A stretch of 61,830 nt of DNA from a bacterium (GTDB lineage Bacteria; J088; JAWLBW01): assembly GCA_041690355.1 (NCBI GenBank), contig JAWLHK010000027.1, positions 1 through 61,830 of the forward strand, written 5' to 3'. Each line of letters opens with the position of its first letter. Within the stretch, counting starts at the first letter, position 1. Position numbers and translations under genes: made by a program. The notes under the pieces were generated by a model. It made no database searches. It had not been told where the DNA came from and saw only the letters and a program-made list of their open reading frames with translations. This document shows, piece after piece, positions 26,387-36,241 of the stretch.

Positions 26387-29200
26387 ATGAGCGAACAGCC
26401 TGAAAAGACGCAGGAATATAAGAAGACTGTCCTCCTGCCCACGACCGATTTCCCCATGAAGGCCAATCTGCCCGTGCGCGAACCGGAGCGCCTCAAGGGG
26501 TGGGACGAAGAGGCCCTCTACCGGCGGATTCTGGAGAAGAACCAGGGGCGCCCGCTCTTCGTCATGCACGACGGGCCGCCGTATGCCAACGGCCACCTGC
26601 ACATGGGGCACACGCTCAACAAGATCCTCAAGGATTTCGTCGTCCGCTACCGCAACATGGACGGCCACCTGTGCGACTACGTTCCCGGCTGGGACTGCCA
26701 CGGGCTCCCCATCGAACTCCAATCGGACAAGGAGCTCGGGTCGAAGCGCAAGGAGATGGGCAAGGCCGAAGCGCGCCGGGCCTATCGCGAGTACGCGAAG
26801 AAGTTTGTCGGGATCCAGCGCGAAGAGTTTCAGCGCCTCGGCGTCCAGGGCCGCTGGGAAGAGCCGTACCTGACGATGAACCCGAAGTACGAGGGCGATA
26901 TCGCGCGCCTCATCGGCCGCTTCGCCGAAAACGGCGGCCTCTACAAGGGGAAGAAGCCGATTCACTGGTGCTTCGTCGACCGCACGGCGCTGGCCGAAGC
27001 CGAAGTGGAGTACGAATCGCACACGAGCCCGAGCGTCTACGTGGCGTTCCCCTTCGCCGACCCGAAGGCCGAAGCGCTGCTCGGCGGAGACGTCTCTGCC
27101 GTCATCTGGACGACCACCCCGTGGACGCTGCCGGCCAACCTCGGCATCAGCGTGCACCCGGATTATGACTACGAAGTAGTCGAGACCGACAAGGGGCGTC
27201 TGCTGCTCGCGAAAGAGCTGGTGGAGACCGTCGCCGCGAAGACCGGGCTCGAGATCCGCGGCCGCGGCAAGACCGTGAAGGGAACCGAGCTGGAGCATTT
27301 GAAGGCGCGCCATCCGTTTCTCGACCGCGATTCCGTCTTCCTCGTCGGCACGCACGTCACGCTCGAGGCCGGTACCGGACTGGTGCACACGGCCCCCGGG
27401 CACGGCCACGACGACTACGTGATCGGCCTGAAGTACGGCCTCGACGTCTACGCGCCGGTGGATGATCGCGGGCAGTACCTGAAGAGCGAGCCGTTTCCCG
27501 AGGCCCTCTTCGACAAGAACGTCTTCCAGGCCAACGAGCCGATCATGGAGATCCTGCGCGAGAACGGCAGGCTTATCTACGGAGAGAAGTTCGAGCACCA
27601 GTATCCCCACTGCTGGCGCTGCCACAACCCCATCATCTTCCGCGCGACCGAGCAGTGGTTCATCTCCATGGCCACGAACGACCTGCGCGAGCGGGCGATC
27701 AAGGCCATCGACGAGGTGCAGTGGATCCCCAAATGGGGGCGCGAGCGCATCTACGGCATGATGGCCAACCGCCCCGACTGGTGCGTGAGCCGCCAGCGCA
27801 CGTGGGGCGTGCCGATCCCCGTCTTCTACTGCCGCGGGTGCAACGAGGCCCTCGCCGATCGGACGATCATCGAGCACGTGGCCGACATCTTCGACCGCGA
27901 AACGAGCGACGTCTGGTTTGAACGCGAACCGGCCGACCTGCTGCCCGCCGGGACGAAGTGCGCGAAGTGTGGCGCCGCCGAGTTCCGCAAGGAAGAGGAT
28001 ATTCTCGACGTCTGGTTCGACTCCGGATCCAGCTGGTTCGCCGTGCTCGGGAACCGGGAGAACCTGCGTCTGCCCGCCGATCTCTATCTGGAAGGGAGCG
28101 ACCAGCATCGCGGCTGGTTCCACTCCACGTTGCTCGTGGCGCTGGGCGCGGCCGATCAGATTCCGTACAAGTCGGTGCTCACCCACGGTTTCGTCGTCGA
28201 CGGCCAGGGGCGCAAGATGAGCAAGTCGGTGGGCAACGTCATCGCCCCCGAGAAGATCATCAAGAAGATGGGGGCCGAGGTCCTGCGCCTGTGGGTCGCG
28301 GCCGAGGACTACCGGGGCGACATCCGCATCTCGGACGAGATCCTGACGCGCCTGGCCGATGCGTACCGCCGCATCCGCAACACGTACCGCTTTCTGCTCG
28401 CGAATCTCTTCGACTTCGACCCGGCGCAGCACGCCGTGGAGTACGGGAAGCTGACCGAGCTCGACCGCTTCATGCTGCACCGGCTGGGGGCGCTGGTCGA
28501 GCGCTGCCGCAAGGCGTACGAGGAATACGAGTTCCACACGGTCTACCACGCGCTGCACAATTTCTGCACCGTGGATCTCTCCTCGTTCTACCTGGCCGTG
28601 CTCAAGGATCGCCTGTATACCTGGGCGGCCGACGACCCGTCGCGCCGCTCGGCGCAGACGACCCTCTCGATTCTGCTCGAGAACTTGCTGCGCATGTCGG
28701 CGCCGATTCTCGCCTTCACGGCCGACGAAGCCTGGCGCACGATTCCCTACGCGAAGCAGGCCGGACTGGCGGAATCCGTGCATCTGGCGGAATTCCCCGT
28801 TCCCGACGCCGCGTGGAAGAATGACGCGCTGGCGGCGGAGTGGGACCGCCTGTGGGAGATCCGCTCCGAAGTCACCAAGGCGCTCGAGACGGCCCGCCAG
28901 GCCGAGATGATCGGCTCGTCGCTCGAGGCGATGGTGGGGCTGCGGGGCGATGCCGAACGTGAGCGCCTGCGGAAATACGCCGAAGAGCTCCCCGGCCTCT
29001 TCATCGTCAGTCATGTGGACCTGGACGATGCCGGAGCCGACACCGAGACGGCCATCCCCGGGTTGCGCATCCGCGTCGCGCAGGCCCCCGGAGAAAAGTG
29101 CGAACGCTGCTGGCGCTACAGCACCCAGGTGGGCAAGAATGAACGCCACCCGACCCTCTGCGAGCGTTGCGCCGACGTCGTTGCCGGGCTGGGAATGTGA
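26387..29200 (+). CDS. ileS: Isoleucine--tRNA ligase (IleRS1 type)
   Basis: HDGPPYANG.LHMGH, GWDCHGLPIE, KMSKS, C-terminal CERC..CERC zinc finger. Confidence 0.99.
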   Translation: MSEQPEKTQEYKKTVLLPTTDFPMKANLPVREPERLKGWDEEALYRRILEKNQGRPLFVMHDGPPYANGHLHMGHTLNKILKDFVVRYRNMDGHLCDYVPGWDCHGLPIELQSDKELGSKRKEMGKAEARRAYREYAKKFVGIQREEFQRLGVQGRWEEPYLTMNPKYEGDIARLIGRFAENGGLYKGKKPIHWCFVDRTALAEAEVEYESHTSPSVYVAFPFADPKAEALLGGDVSAVIWTTTPWTLPANLGISVHPDYDYEVVETDKGRLLLAKELVETVAAKTGLEIRGRGKTVKGTELEHLKARHPFLDRDSVFLVGTHVTLEAGTGLVHTAPGHGHDDYVIGLKYGLDVYAPVDDRGQYLKSEPFPEALFDKNVFQANEPIMEILRENGRLIYGEKFEHQYPHCWRCHNPIIFRATEQWFISMATNDLRERAIKAIDEVQWIPKWGRERIYGMMANRPDWCVSRQRTWGVPIPVFYCRGCNEALADRTIIEHVADIFDRETSDVWFEREPADLLPAGTKCAKCGAAEFRKEEDILDVWFDSGSSWFAVLGNRENLRLPADLYLEGSDQHRGWFHSTLLVALGAADQIPYKSVLTHGFVVDGQGRKMSKSVGNVIAPEKIIKKMGAEVLRLWVAAEDYRGDIRISDEILTRLADAYRRIRNTYRFLLANLFDFDPAQHAVEYGKLTELDRFMLHRLGALVERCRKAYEEYEFHTVYHALHNFCTVDLSSFYLAVLKDRLYTWAADDPSRRSAQTTLSILLENLLRMSAPILAFTADEAWRTIPYAKQAGLAESVHLAEFPVPDAAWKNDALAAEWDRLWEIRSEVTKALETARQAEMIGSSLEAMVGLRGDAERERLRKYAEELPGLFIVSHVDLDDAGADTETAIPGLRIRVAQAPGEKCERCWRYSTQVGKNERHPTLCERCADVVAGLGM

Positions 29201-29210
29201 GGAAGCGTTG

Positions 29211-29717
29211 ATGTCCCGCTACCTGGTTTTCGCCGTCACCGCCGCTGTATCGGTTCTGCTCGACTTCGCGACGAAGCAATGGGTGCATACCTCCATGCCC
29301 TATCGGAGCGTCGACGAGATCACGTCGTTCTTCAACCTCGTCTACGTGCGCAACTACGGGGCCGCCTTCGGCATGCTGTCGGGGGTCGATGAGTCGCTGC
29401 GCCAGCCGTTTTTTCTCGGCATTTCGCTGGTCGCCTTCGGCGCCGTCGGCTGGATGCTGCACAAAGCCGAGAAGGCGAGCGCAGCCTACGTTCTGTCGCT
29501 CGCGCTCATCTTCTCGGGCGCGGTGGGTAACTTCATCGACCGCATCCGTTTCGGCTTCGTCGTCGACTTTCTCGACTTTCACCTCGGGGGCGCGCACTGG
29601 CCCTCGTTCAATGTGGCCGATATCGCCATTACCGTCGGCGTGGGCCTGATGCTGCTCGACGGACTGCTCGAGCAGCGGCGGAATCCGGCTGCGGGATCCT
29701 CGGGCGAGCCGGCGTGA
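29211..29717 (+). CDS. lspA: Lipoprotein signal peptidase II, copy 1
   Basis: D..TK; NYGAAFG; GAVGNFIDR; VVDF; FNVAD. Confidence 0.96.
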   Translation: MSRYLVFAVTAAVSVLLDFATKQWVHTSMPYRSVDEITSFFNLVYVRNYGAAFGMLSGVDESLRQPFFLGISLVAFGAVGWMLHKAEKASAAYVLSLALIFSGAVGNFIDRIRFGFVVDFLDFHLGGAHWPSFNVADIAITVGVGLMLLDGLLEQRRNPAAGSSGEPA

Positions 29718-30229
29718 AGGGCGCCTTGTTCTCGCGCGGACTGTTGCTCTTTGCGGCCACGGCCCTCGTGACCGTCGCGGCCGATCTGGCCACCAAGCTC
29801 TGGGTGCAGGCCGCCCTCCCGCTGGGCCAGGTGGTGCGCGTGACCGGGTTCTTCGCGCTCGTGCACGTCGAGAACCGGGGGGCATCCTTCAGCCTGCTGG
29901 CGGGATTGCCCGACTCCGTGCGCGTTCCATTCTTTCTCGTGATTACGGCTGCCGCCCTTGGTGTTCTGCTCGCCATGGCCCGGCGTACGCCGCCCGAGCA
30001 CGCCATGAAGCTCACGGCCCTGGCGCTGGTGTTCGGCGGCGCGCTGGGGAACTTCGTCGACCGGGCGCGGCAGGGGGTGGTCGTCGATTTTCTGCTGCTT
30101 CATGCCGGCCGGTTTCACTGGCCGGTCTTCAACGTCGCCGACATCGGCATCACCGTCGGCATCGCGCTGCTGCTGCTCGATTCCCTTCGCGAGGCGCGGC
30201 GGGCCCATGCGGCGGGAAAGGAGGCCTAG
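29714..30229 (+). CDS. lspA: Lipoprotein signal peptidase II, copy 2
   Basis: DLATK; NRGASFS; GALGNFVDR; VVDF; FNVAD; GTGA overlap with copy 1. Confidence 0.95.
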   Translation: MKGALFSRGLLLFAATALVTVAADLATKLWVQAALPLGQVVRVTGFFALVHVENRGASFSLLAGLPDSVRVPFFLVITAAALGVLLAMARRTPPEHAMKLTALALVFGGALGNFVDRARQGVVVDFLLLHAGRFHWPVFNVADIGITVGIALLLLDSLREARRAHAAGKEA

Positions 30230-31123
30230 ATGTTTCCGATTCTGATTGAAGCGGGAGAGTACACGCTGCACAGCTTCGGCCTGTTCGTCGCCCTGGGCTT
30301 CATCGCGGGAATCTTCTGGACGCTGCGCGCCGCGCGCCGCGCCGGGCTTCCGCATGACCGTGTGCTCGATCTCTGTTTCTGGATCATGGCGTCGGGGCTG
30401 CTCGGGGCGCGCCTTCTGTACGTCGCCGTGAACTGGCGCTCGCTGCTCGGGTTCGCCGCCGCCGAAGTCGAAGCGGGCGGCTGGCTGGCGGGCCTCGGGG
30501 CCGTGCTGGTGGAGTCGGTGGCCATCTGGGAGGGGGGCCTCGTCTGGTACGGGGGCCTGCTGACGGCTTTTGCCGTCGCCTGGATCCACATGCGGCGCAG
30601 CGGCCTGCCCGTGTGGAAAACGGCCGACACCGTGGCGCCCGGAGTCATGCTCGGGCTCGCCATCGGGCGCATCGGTTGTCTGGCGGCCGGCGACGATTAC
30701 GGCGCCGTGGTGGAATCGTCATGGCAGGCGCTCGTCGACGGCGGCGATCCGGCCTGGTGGACGCTGACCTTCACGCATCCGCAGAGCCTGGTTCCCGCCG
30801 AACTGCTCGGCCGGCCGCTCTATCCCACCCAGCCGCTGATGAGCCTGAACGCGCTGCTCGTCTTCGGAGTTCTCGTCCTTCTGCAGCGCCGGAAACCGTT
30901 CGACGGCGCCGTCGTGTGGACGATGATGGCGCTCTACGCGGTGGGGCGCTTCGGCGTCGAGTTCATGCGCGGCGACACCGGCCGTGGTTTTCTTCTCGAT
31001 GGCGTGCTCTCGACCAGTCAGGCCATCGGTATCGTGGCCTTCGCCGTGAGCCTCTACATGCTGCGCCGTCTGTCCCGGGTGCGTTCGGTTGCCGCGCCGG
31101 CCCCGGCTCCGGAGGCAATATGA
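30230..31123 (+). CDS. lgt: Prolipoprotein diacylglyceryl transferase
   Basis: GARL.YV; IWEGGLVWYGG; AIGRIGC; YPTQ; RF.VEF.RGD. Confidence 0.95.
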   Translation: MFPILIEAGEYTLHSFGLFVALGFIAGIFWTLRAARRAGLPHDRVLDLCFWIMASGLLGARLLYVAVNWRSLLGFAAAEVEAGGWLAGLGAVLVESVAIWEGGLVWYGGLLTAFAVAWIHMRRSGLPVWKTADTVAPGVMLGLAIGRIGCLAAGDDYGAVVESSWQALVDGGDPAWWTLTFTHPQSLVPAELLGRPLYPTQPLMSLNALLVFGVLVLLQRRKPFDGAVVWTMMALYAVGRFGVEFMRGDTGRGFLLDGVLSTSQAIGIVAFAVSLYMLRRLSRVRSVAAPAPAPEAI

Positions 31124-33873
31124 ACGACCGGCCCAAAGAAGACAAAGACCTCCCGCTGCGCGAAGATATCCGCTTTCTCGGGCGGATTCTCGGCGACACC
31201 ATCCGCGAGCAGGACGGCGAGCGGGCGTTCGAGCTCGTAGAACGCATCCGGCAGCTCGGCGTGCGGTACCGGCGCGACCAGGATGCCGATTCGCTGCGGG
31301 AGCTTGAAGAGCTTCTGCGCGGGCTCTCGATGGACAAGGTGACGCCGGTCGTGCGCGCCTTCAGCTATTTCTCGCATCTAAGTAACACGGCCGAAGATCA
31401 GCACCACAACCGGCGCCGCCGGACGTACCTGCTGGCCGGCGCGCCTCCCCAGCCCGGGAGCGTGACACTCGCCATCCGGCGTCTGATCGATGCGGGGATC
31501 GCCGCCGAGCGCCTGCAGGCCTTCTTCCGCGAGGCGCTCGTACAGCCCGTGCTCACCGCGCACCCGACCGAGGTGCAGCGCAAGAGCATTCTCGATCGGC
31601 ACGTGTCCATCGCGCGCCTCATGCGCCGCCGCGATCGGGAGCAGCGCACGCCGCTCGAGCAGCGGGAGCTCGACGAGGAGTTCCGCCGGCAGGTGCTCCT
31701 GCTGTGGCAGACCTCCGAACTGCGTTCGGTGCGCCTCACGGTCATCGACGAGATCGAGAACGGACTCTCGTATTATCGCTACACCTTTCTGGAGCAGATC
31801 CCGTCACTGTATGCGGAAATCGAGGACCGTTTCGCCGATCACGGCGTTCGCCTCGATCCGGGTCCGTTTCTGGCGATGGGGAGCTGGATCGGCGGCGATC
31901 GCGACGGCAATCCGTATGTGACCCCCGACGTGCTTTCGGCGGCGGCGCATCGGCAGTCGGCGGTCGCGCTCCATCACTATCTCGACGAAGTGAACGCTCT
32001 CGGCAGCGAGCTCAGTCTGTCGGAAAAGCTCGTCGAGGTGACCCCCGAGCTGCGCGCGCTCGCCGAGAATTCCCCCGACGTGTCGCCCAGCCGCGCCGAA
32101 GAGCCCTACCGGCGCTCCCTCACGGGCATCTATGCCCGGCTCGCGGCGACTGCCCAGAAGCTGCTCGGCGATCGGGTGCTCGTGCCGGCCGTGGGGGCCG
32201 CCGCGCCCTATGCCGGCTGCGACGAGTTCCGCGGCGAGCTGAGCGTTCTCCACGAATCCCTCGTGCGTTACGGATCCGAGACGGTGGCCCGCGGCCGCCT
32301 GCGCCGCCTGCTGCGCGCGACGCAGGTCTTCGGCTTTCACCTGGCGGCCATCGATCTGCGCCAGCACAGCGAGGTGCACGAGCGGGTCGTGTCCGAGCTG
32401 TTCCGCCGGACCGGCGGGCCGCGATACGAGGACCTTTCGGAAGCCGAGCGCCAGGCGCTGCTCACCCGCGAACTCGGCACGGCCCGTCCGCTGGTCTCAC
32501 CCCATGTGGACTACGGGGCCGAGACCCGCAAGGAACTCGATACCTTCGCGGCCGCCGCGGCCATCCAGCAGCGCTTCGGGCGCAATGCCATCCGTAACTA
32601 CGTAATCTCCATGTCGGCCGGCCCCAGCGACGTGCTCGAGGTCGCCCTGCTGTTGCGCGAGTTCGGCCTGCTGGTTCCGGGCGACGAGCCGCGGCTGGCG
32701 GTCAACATCATTCCGCTCTTCGAGACCATCGGCGACCTGCGCTCGAGCGCGCAGATCATGGAGCAGCTGTTTTCGCATCCGCTCTACCGCAAGCTCATCG
32801 CCAGCCGGGGCGATATCCAGGAGATCATGCTCGGCTACAGCGACAGCAACAAGGACGGCGGCTTTCTGACGTCAAACTGGGAGCTGTACAAGGCAGAGCT
32901 GGATCTGGTGGAGGTCTGCCGGCGCCACGGCGTCAACCTGCGACTCTTCCACGGCCGCGGGGGAACCGTGGGGCGCGGCGGCGGTCCCGCCTACATGGCC
33001 GTGCTCGCCCAGCCGCCGGGGAGCGTGAACGGCCAGATCCGCCTGACCGAGCAGGGCGAGGTCATCGGCAGCAAGTACTCCGACCCTGAAATCGGGCGTC
33101 GCAACCTCGAGACCCTGGTAGCCGCGACGATGGAAGCGACGCTGCTCGGCCCCTCGGAGCCCGACGCCTCGCTTCGCCGCGACCACGACATTCTCGAGAT
33201 CATGAGCCAGGCTGCGTTCCACGCCTACCGGGGCCTCGTCTATGAGACCCCCGGTTTCATCCGCTACTTCCGCGAGTCGACGCCGATCAACGAGATTGCG
33301 GAACTGAAGATCGGCAGCCGGCCGGTCGCCCGCAAGCTTTCGGATCGGATCGAGGACCTGCGCGCCATCCCCTGGGTCTTCAGCTGGGCGCAGAACCGCC
33401 AGTCGATTCCTGGCTGGTACGGCTTCGGCACGGCCGTCCAGTCGCTGGTCGACGCGCGCGGCGCGGCGGGCATGGCCGATCTGCAGCGCATGTTCCGCGA
33501 GTGGCCCTTTTTCCGCACGATCGTCGAAAAGCTCGACATGGTGCTCGCCAAGATGGACATGGGGATCGCGGCGGAATATGCGGCCCTGGTTTCCGACCGG
33601 GAACTGGGCGAGCGCATCTTCGGCATGATCCGGACTGAGTGGGAGCTGACGCAGCGGCACCTGTTCGCCATCACCGGACACACCGAACTGCTTGCGGGCA
33701 ACCCGCTGCTCGCGCGCAGCCTGCGCAACCGGAGCCCTTATATCGACCCGCTGAACCACCTGCAGGTCGAGCTGCTGCGGCGCAAGCGCTCCGGCGACTC
33801 TTCGCCCGAAGTGCAGCGGGCCATCCACCTCACGATCAACGGCGTTGCCGCCGGGCTGCGCAATACGGGCTGA
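31120..33873 (+). CDS. ppc: Phosphoenolpyruvate carboxylase
   Basis: VLTAHPTE, SWIGGDRDGNP, MLGYSDSNKDGG, FHGRGGTVGRGG, LRAIPWVFSW, C-terminal GLRNTG; GGAGG RBS; ATGA overlap with lgt. Confidence 0.98.
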   Translation: MNDRPKEDKDLPLREDIRFLGRILGDTIREQDGERAFELVERIRQLGVRYRRDQDADSLRELEELLRGLSMDKVTPVVRAFSYFSHLSNTAEDQHHNRRRRTYLLAGAPPQPGSVTLAIRRLIDAGIAAERLQAFFREALVQPVLTAHPTEVQRKSILDRHVSIARLMRRRDREQRTPLEQRELDEEFRRQVLLLWQTSELRSVRLTVIDEIENGLSYYRYTFLEQIPSLYAEIEDRFADHGVRLDPGPFLAMGSWIGGDRDGNPYVTPDVLSAAAHRQSAVALHHYLDEVNALGSELSLSEKLVEVTPELRALAENSPDVSPSRAEEPYRRSLTGIYARLAATAQKLLGDRVLVPAVGAAAPYAGCDEFRGELSVLHESLVRYGSETVARGRLRRLLRATQVFGFHLAAIDLRQHSEVHERVVSELFRRTGGPRYEDLSEAERQALLTRELGTARPLVSPHVDYGAETRKELDTFAAAAAIQQRFGRNAIRNYVISMSAGPSDVLEVALLLREFGLLVPGDEPRLAVNIIPLFETIGDLRSSAQIMEQLFSHPLYRKLIASRGDIQEIMLGYSDSNKDGGFLTSNWELYKAELDLVEVCRRHGVNLRLFHGRGGTVGRGGGPAYMAVLAQPPGSVNGQIRLTEQGEVIGSKYSDPEIGRRNLETLVAATMEATLLGPSEPDASLRRDHDILEIMSQAAFHAYRGLVYETPGFIRYFRESTPINEIAELKIGSRPVARKLSDRIEDLRAIPWVFSWAQNRQSIPGWYGFGTAVQSLVDARGAAGMADLQRMFREWPFFRTIVEKLDMVLAKMDMGIAAEYAALVSDRELGERIFGMIRTEWELTQRHLFAITGHTELLAGNPLLARSLRNRSPYIDPLNHLQVELLRRKRSGDSSPEVQRAIHLTINGVAAGLRNTG

Positions 33874-34061
33874 CGCGCCGCGGCACGCATGTGTAACGGG
33901 ACGCGGCACGCCGGAGCACACGGCCAGAATTCCGCAAGCCCCGTTCACGAGCGGTCCAGAACCGGTGGAGGGGTTCACCCGGAGGTGGTACCGTGTATAC
34001 TGTTGGGATTGAAAACCGAAAGCGAAATCCCAGCGGGTTGCAACAGAACTTCGGAGTCAAC

Positions 34062-35210
34062 GTGAGCCAGTCGAACAGCACGCAGAACCCTGAGAAAGTC
34101 GGCATCGGCATTCTCCCCTTCGTTCTCGCCCATGTGGCCGTACTCGCCGGTATCTGGATTCATCCGACCTGGGAGACGGTCGGGGTCGGCATCGCCCTCT
34201 ACTTCCTGCGGATGTTCGGCATCACCGCGGGCTATCACCGTTACTTCTCACACCGCACCTACAAGACGGGGCGCGTGTTCCAGTTCATTCTCGCTTTTCT
34301 GGGGACCGCTTCGGCGCAGAAGGGGGTGCTCTGGTGGGCGGGTCATCATCGCAACCACCACAAGTTCTCCGACCAGCCCGAAGACCTGCATTCACCCCTG
34401 CAGCGCGGGTTCTGGTGGTCGCACATGGTCTGGTTTCTCGTGCCCAGGTACGATGAAACGCCCTTCGACAAGATCAAGGACTTCGCCAAGTATCCCGAGC
34501 TGCGCTGGCTGAACCGGCACTTCATGGTGCCGCCTGTCGTCGTGGGCTTTGCGGTGTGGGCGATCTGGGGCTGGCCGGGGCTCATCTGGGGGTTCCTGGC
34601 GAGCACGGTGGCGCTGTGGCACGGGACCTTCACGATCAACTCGCTGTCGCACGTCTTCGGCAAGCAGCGCTATCGCACGACGGACACGAGCCGGAACAAT
34701 GTCTGGCTCGCCCTCCTGACGATGGGCGAAGGCTGGCACAACAACCACCATTACTTTCAGAGCTCGGTTCGTCAGGGCTTTTTCTGGTGGGAGATTGACG
34801 CCAGCTACTATGTCCTCAAGGTTCTCTCCTGGTTCGGCGTCGTCTGGGATCTGAAGATGCCGCCCGAGCAGGTGCTGCACAAGAATCTGGTCGAGCACGG
34901 TGATCCGGTGCCGGCCCTGGCGCCCCGTTCGCTGGCCCAGTCCTGGCGGGAACAGCTCGAAGCGGCCAAGGCCCGTTTTGACGCGGCTCACACCGAAGCC
35001 GCGCGCAAGGTCGAAGCGGCCCGCGTCGAAGCGCTCGCCCGCATCCACGATGCGGCCAGCCGGGCCGAAGCGGCCAAGGAAGAATGTTCGCGGCGTGTCG
35101 GTAAGGCGCGGCGCGACGCACGTCTGCGTTATGAGCAGGCGAAACGCGACATGGCCGATGCCATGGCGAAATATATTCCGGACGGCGGTATTGAGCCGGA
35201 AGCAGGGTGA
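34062..35210 (+). CDS. Delta-9-type acyl-CoA/acyl-lipid desaturase with a C-terminal helical extension
   Basis: His boxes HRYFSH, HRNHH and HNNHH; GTG start after GGAG. Confidence 0.93.
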   Translation: MSQSNSTQNPEKVGIGILPFVLAHVAVLAGIWIHPTWETVGVGIALYFLRMFGITAGYHRYFSHRTYKTGRVFQFILAFLGTASAQKGVLWWAGHHRNHHKFSDQPEDLHSPLQRGFWWSHMVWFLVPRYDETPFDKIKDFAKYPELRWLNRHFMVPPVVVGFAVWAIWGWPGLIWGFLASTVALWHGTFTINSLSHVFGKQRYRTTDTSRNNVWLALLTMGEGWHNNHHYFQSSVRQGFFWWEIDASYYVLKVLSWFGVVWDLKMPPEQVLHKNLVEHGDPVPALAPRSLAQSWREQLEAAKARFDAAHTEAARKVEAARVEALARIHDAASRAEAAKEECSRRVGKARRDARLRYEQAKRDMADAMAKYIPDGGIEPEAG

Positions 35211-35215
35211 ACTGA

Positions 35216-35566
35216 ATGCGTATGAACCGTTTCTGGATGGGACTTGTTTTTCTGATTCTTCTCGCGACGGCATGCAGCCCGTCTGCCGGCGGGCCGCAGC
35301 GCGTCGACGGCAAGGAGGCGCGGACCCTCGTCAGCGAAGGTGCGCAGCTCGTCGACGTGCGCACGGTCGGAGAATATCGCGGCGGCCACATTGACGGCGC
35401 CGCCAACATCCCCATCGACCAGCTGCCGGGCCGCACCGGCGAACTCAGCAAGGATAAACCGGTCGTCGTGTATTGCCAGAGCGGCGCCCGCTCGGCCCGC
35501 GCTGCCTCGCTGCTGCGGGAGCGCGGATACGACGTCTTCGATCTGGGCGGCATTGGGAACTGGTGA
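35216..35566 (+). CDS. Rhodanese-like lipoprotein
   Basis: Lipobox LATAC; LVDVRT..EY..GHI.GA.NIP; YCQSGARS. Confidence 0.92.
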   Translation: MRMNRFWMGLVFLILLATACSPSAGGPQRVDGKEARTLVSEGAQLVDVRTVGEYRGGHIDGAANIPIDQLPGRTGELSKDKPVVVYCQSGARSARAASLLRERGYDVFDLGGIGNW

Positions 35567-35571
35567 CCCTG

Positions 35572-35636
35572 GGACACCGGTGACCGGGTCACCGGTGTCC
35601 ATTCCTGATTCCTGATTCCTGATTCTTGATTCCTGA
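35572..35636. repeat. Perfect 14-bp palindrome followed by an (ATTCCTG)5 heptamer tract
   Basis: ggacaccggtgacc-g-ggtcaccggtgtcc (35572-35600); attcctg x3, attcttg, attcctg. Confidence 0.9.
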
Positions 35637-35644
35637 CAGGCAAG

Positions 35645-35673
35645 GGCCGGGATTTTCTCCGGCCTTTTTCTTT
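35645..35673 (+). terminator. Probable intrinsic terminator
   Basis: ggccgg-gattttct-ccggcc followed by tttttcttt. Confidence 0.6.
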
Positions 35674-35699
35674 GCGTCCCTTCTGCAAGGAGCTTCCCC

Positions 35700-36086
35700 A
35701 TGAGCTACTACTTTTCCAAGACCATTGATGGTTCGCTCGATGATGTGATTCCGCGCGTGAAGGATGCCCTGCAGGCGCAGGGGTTCGGCGTGCTCACGGA
35801 GATCGATGTGCGCGAGACGATGAAGAAGAAGCTCGACGCCGACTTCCGCCCCTACCGCATTCTCGGCGCGTGCAATCCGAAGTTCGCGCTCGAGGCGCTC
35901 ACCGCCGAGGACAAGATCGGCACGATGCTCCCCTGCAACGTGATCGTGCAGGATGCCGGCGAAGGCCGCACCGAAGTCGCCGCTGTCGACCCGGTGGCAT
36001 CCATGCAGGCCGTGCGGAACGAGAAGCTCGGCGCCATCGCCGGCGAAGTGCGGTCACGCCTGCAGCAGGTCATCGCGTCGCTGTAA
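35700..36086 (+). CDS. DUF302-domain protein
   Basis: AAGGAG RBS; GFGVLTEIDV..T.KKKL; YRILGACNP; LPCNV. Confidence 0.93.
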   Translation: MSYYFSKTIDGSLDDVIPRVKDALQAQGFGVLTEIDVRETMKKKLDADFRPYRILGACNPKFALEALTAEDKIGTMLPCNVIVQDAGEGRTEVAAVDPVASMQAVRNEKLGAIAGEVRSRLQQVIASL

Positions 36087-36100
36087 GGGCGTGCTCCGTG

Positions 36101-36215
36101 CGGCCCCGCCGGGGTCGCGGCATTCCATGTATCGCGAGCGCAGGTGTGCGACCCTTCCGGAGTCGGAAGGCGTTTGGTGCATCGCGAGCTCAGGAGCGGG
36201 ACCCCGCCGGGGTCC
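36101..36215. repeat. Three REP-like GACCCCGCCGGGGTC palindromes at about 49-bp spacing
   Basis: Copies at 36101, 36149 (degenerate) and 36199, between convergent genes. Confidence 0.8.
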
Positions 36216-36241
36216 ACTGATTTTCAAGGCGATCGCGCGCC

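Noticed and set aside
26351-29149. 932-aa minus-strand ORF (and similar long antisense ORFs such as 38702-40702, 48148-50454, 43007-44740, 13255-14829)
   Set aside because: Antisense shadows of well-supported genes, expected from high-GC codon bias
30613-31119. 169-aa N-terminal extension of Ppc in the ORF track (likewise the extensions at 5451, 28950, 50006, 51935, 53152 and 57965)
   Set aside because: Most overlap neighbouring genes; downstream starts, usually with an RBS, match the family N-termini
36101-36215. Mini CRISPR array (palindromic repeats at about 49-bp spacing)
   Set aside because: Repeats are only about 15-17 bp and degenerate, the spacers resemble each other, the same palindrome is dispersed elsewhere, and no cas gene is present; REP-like instead
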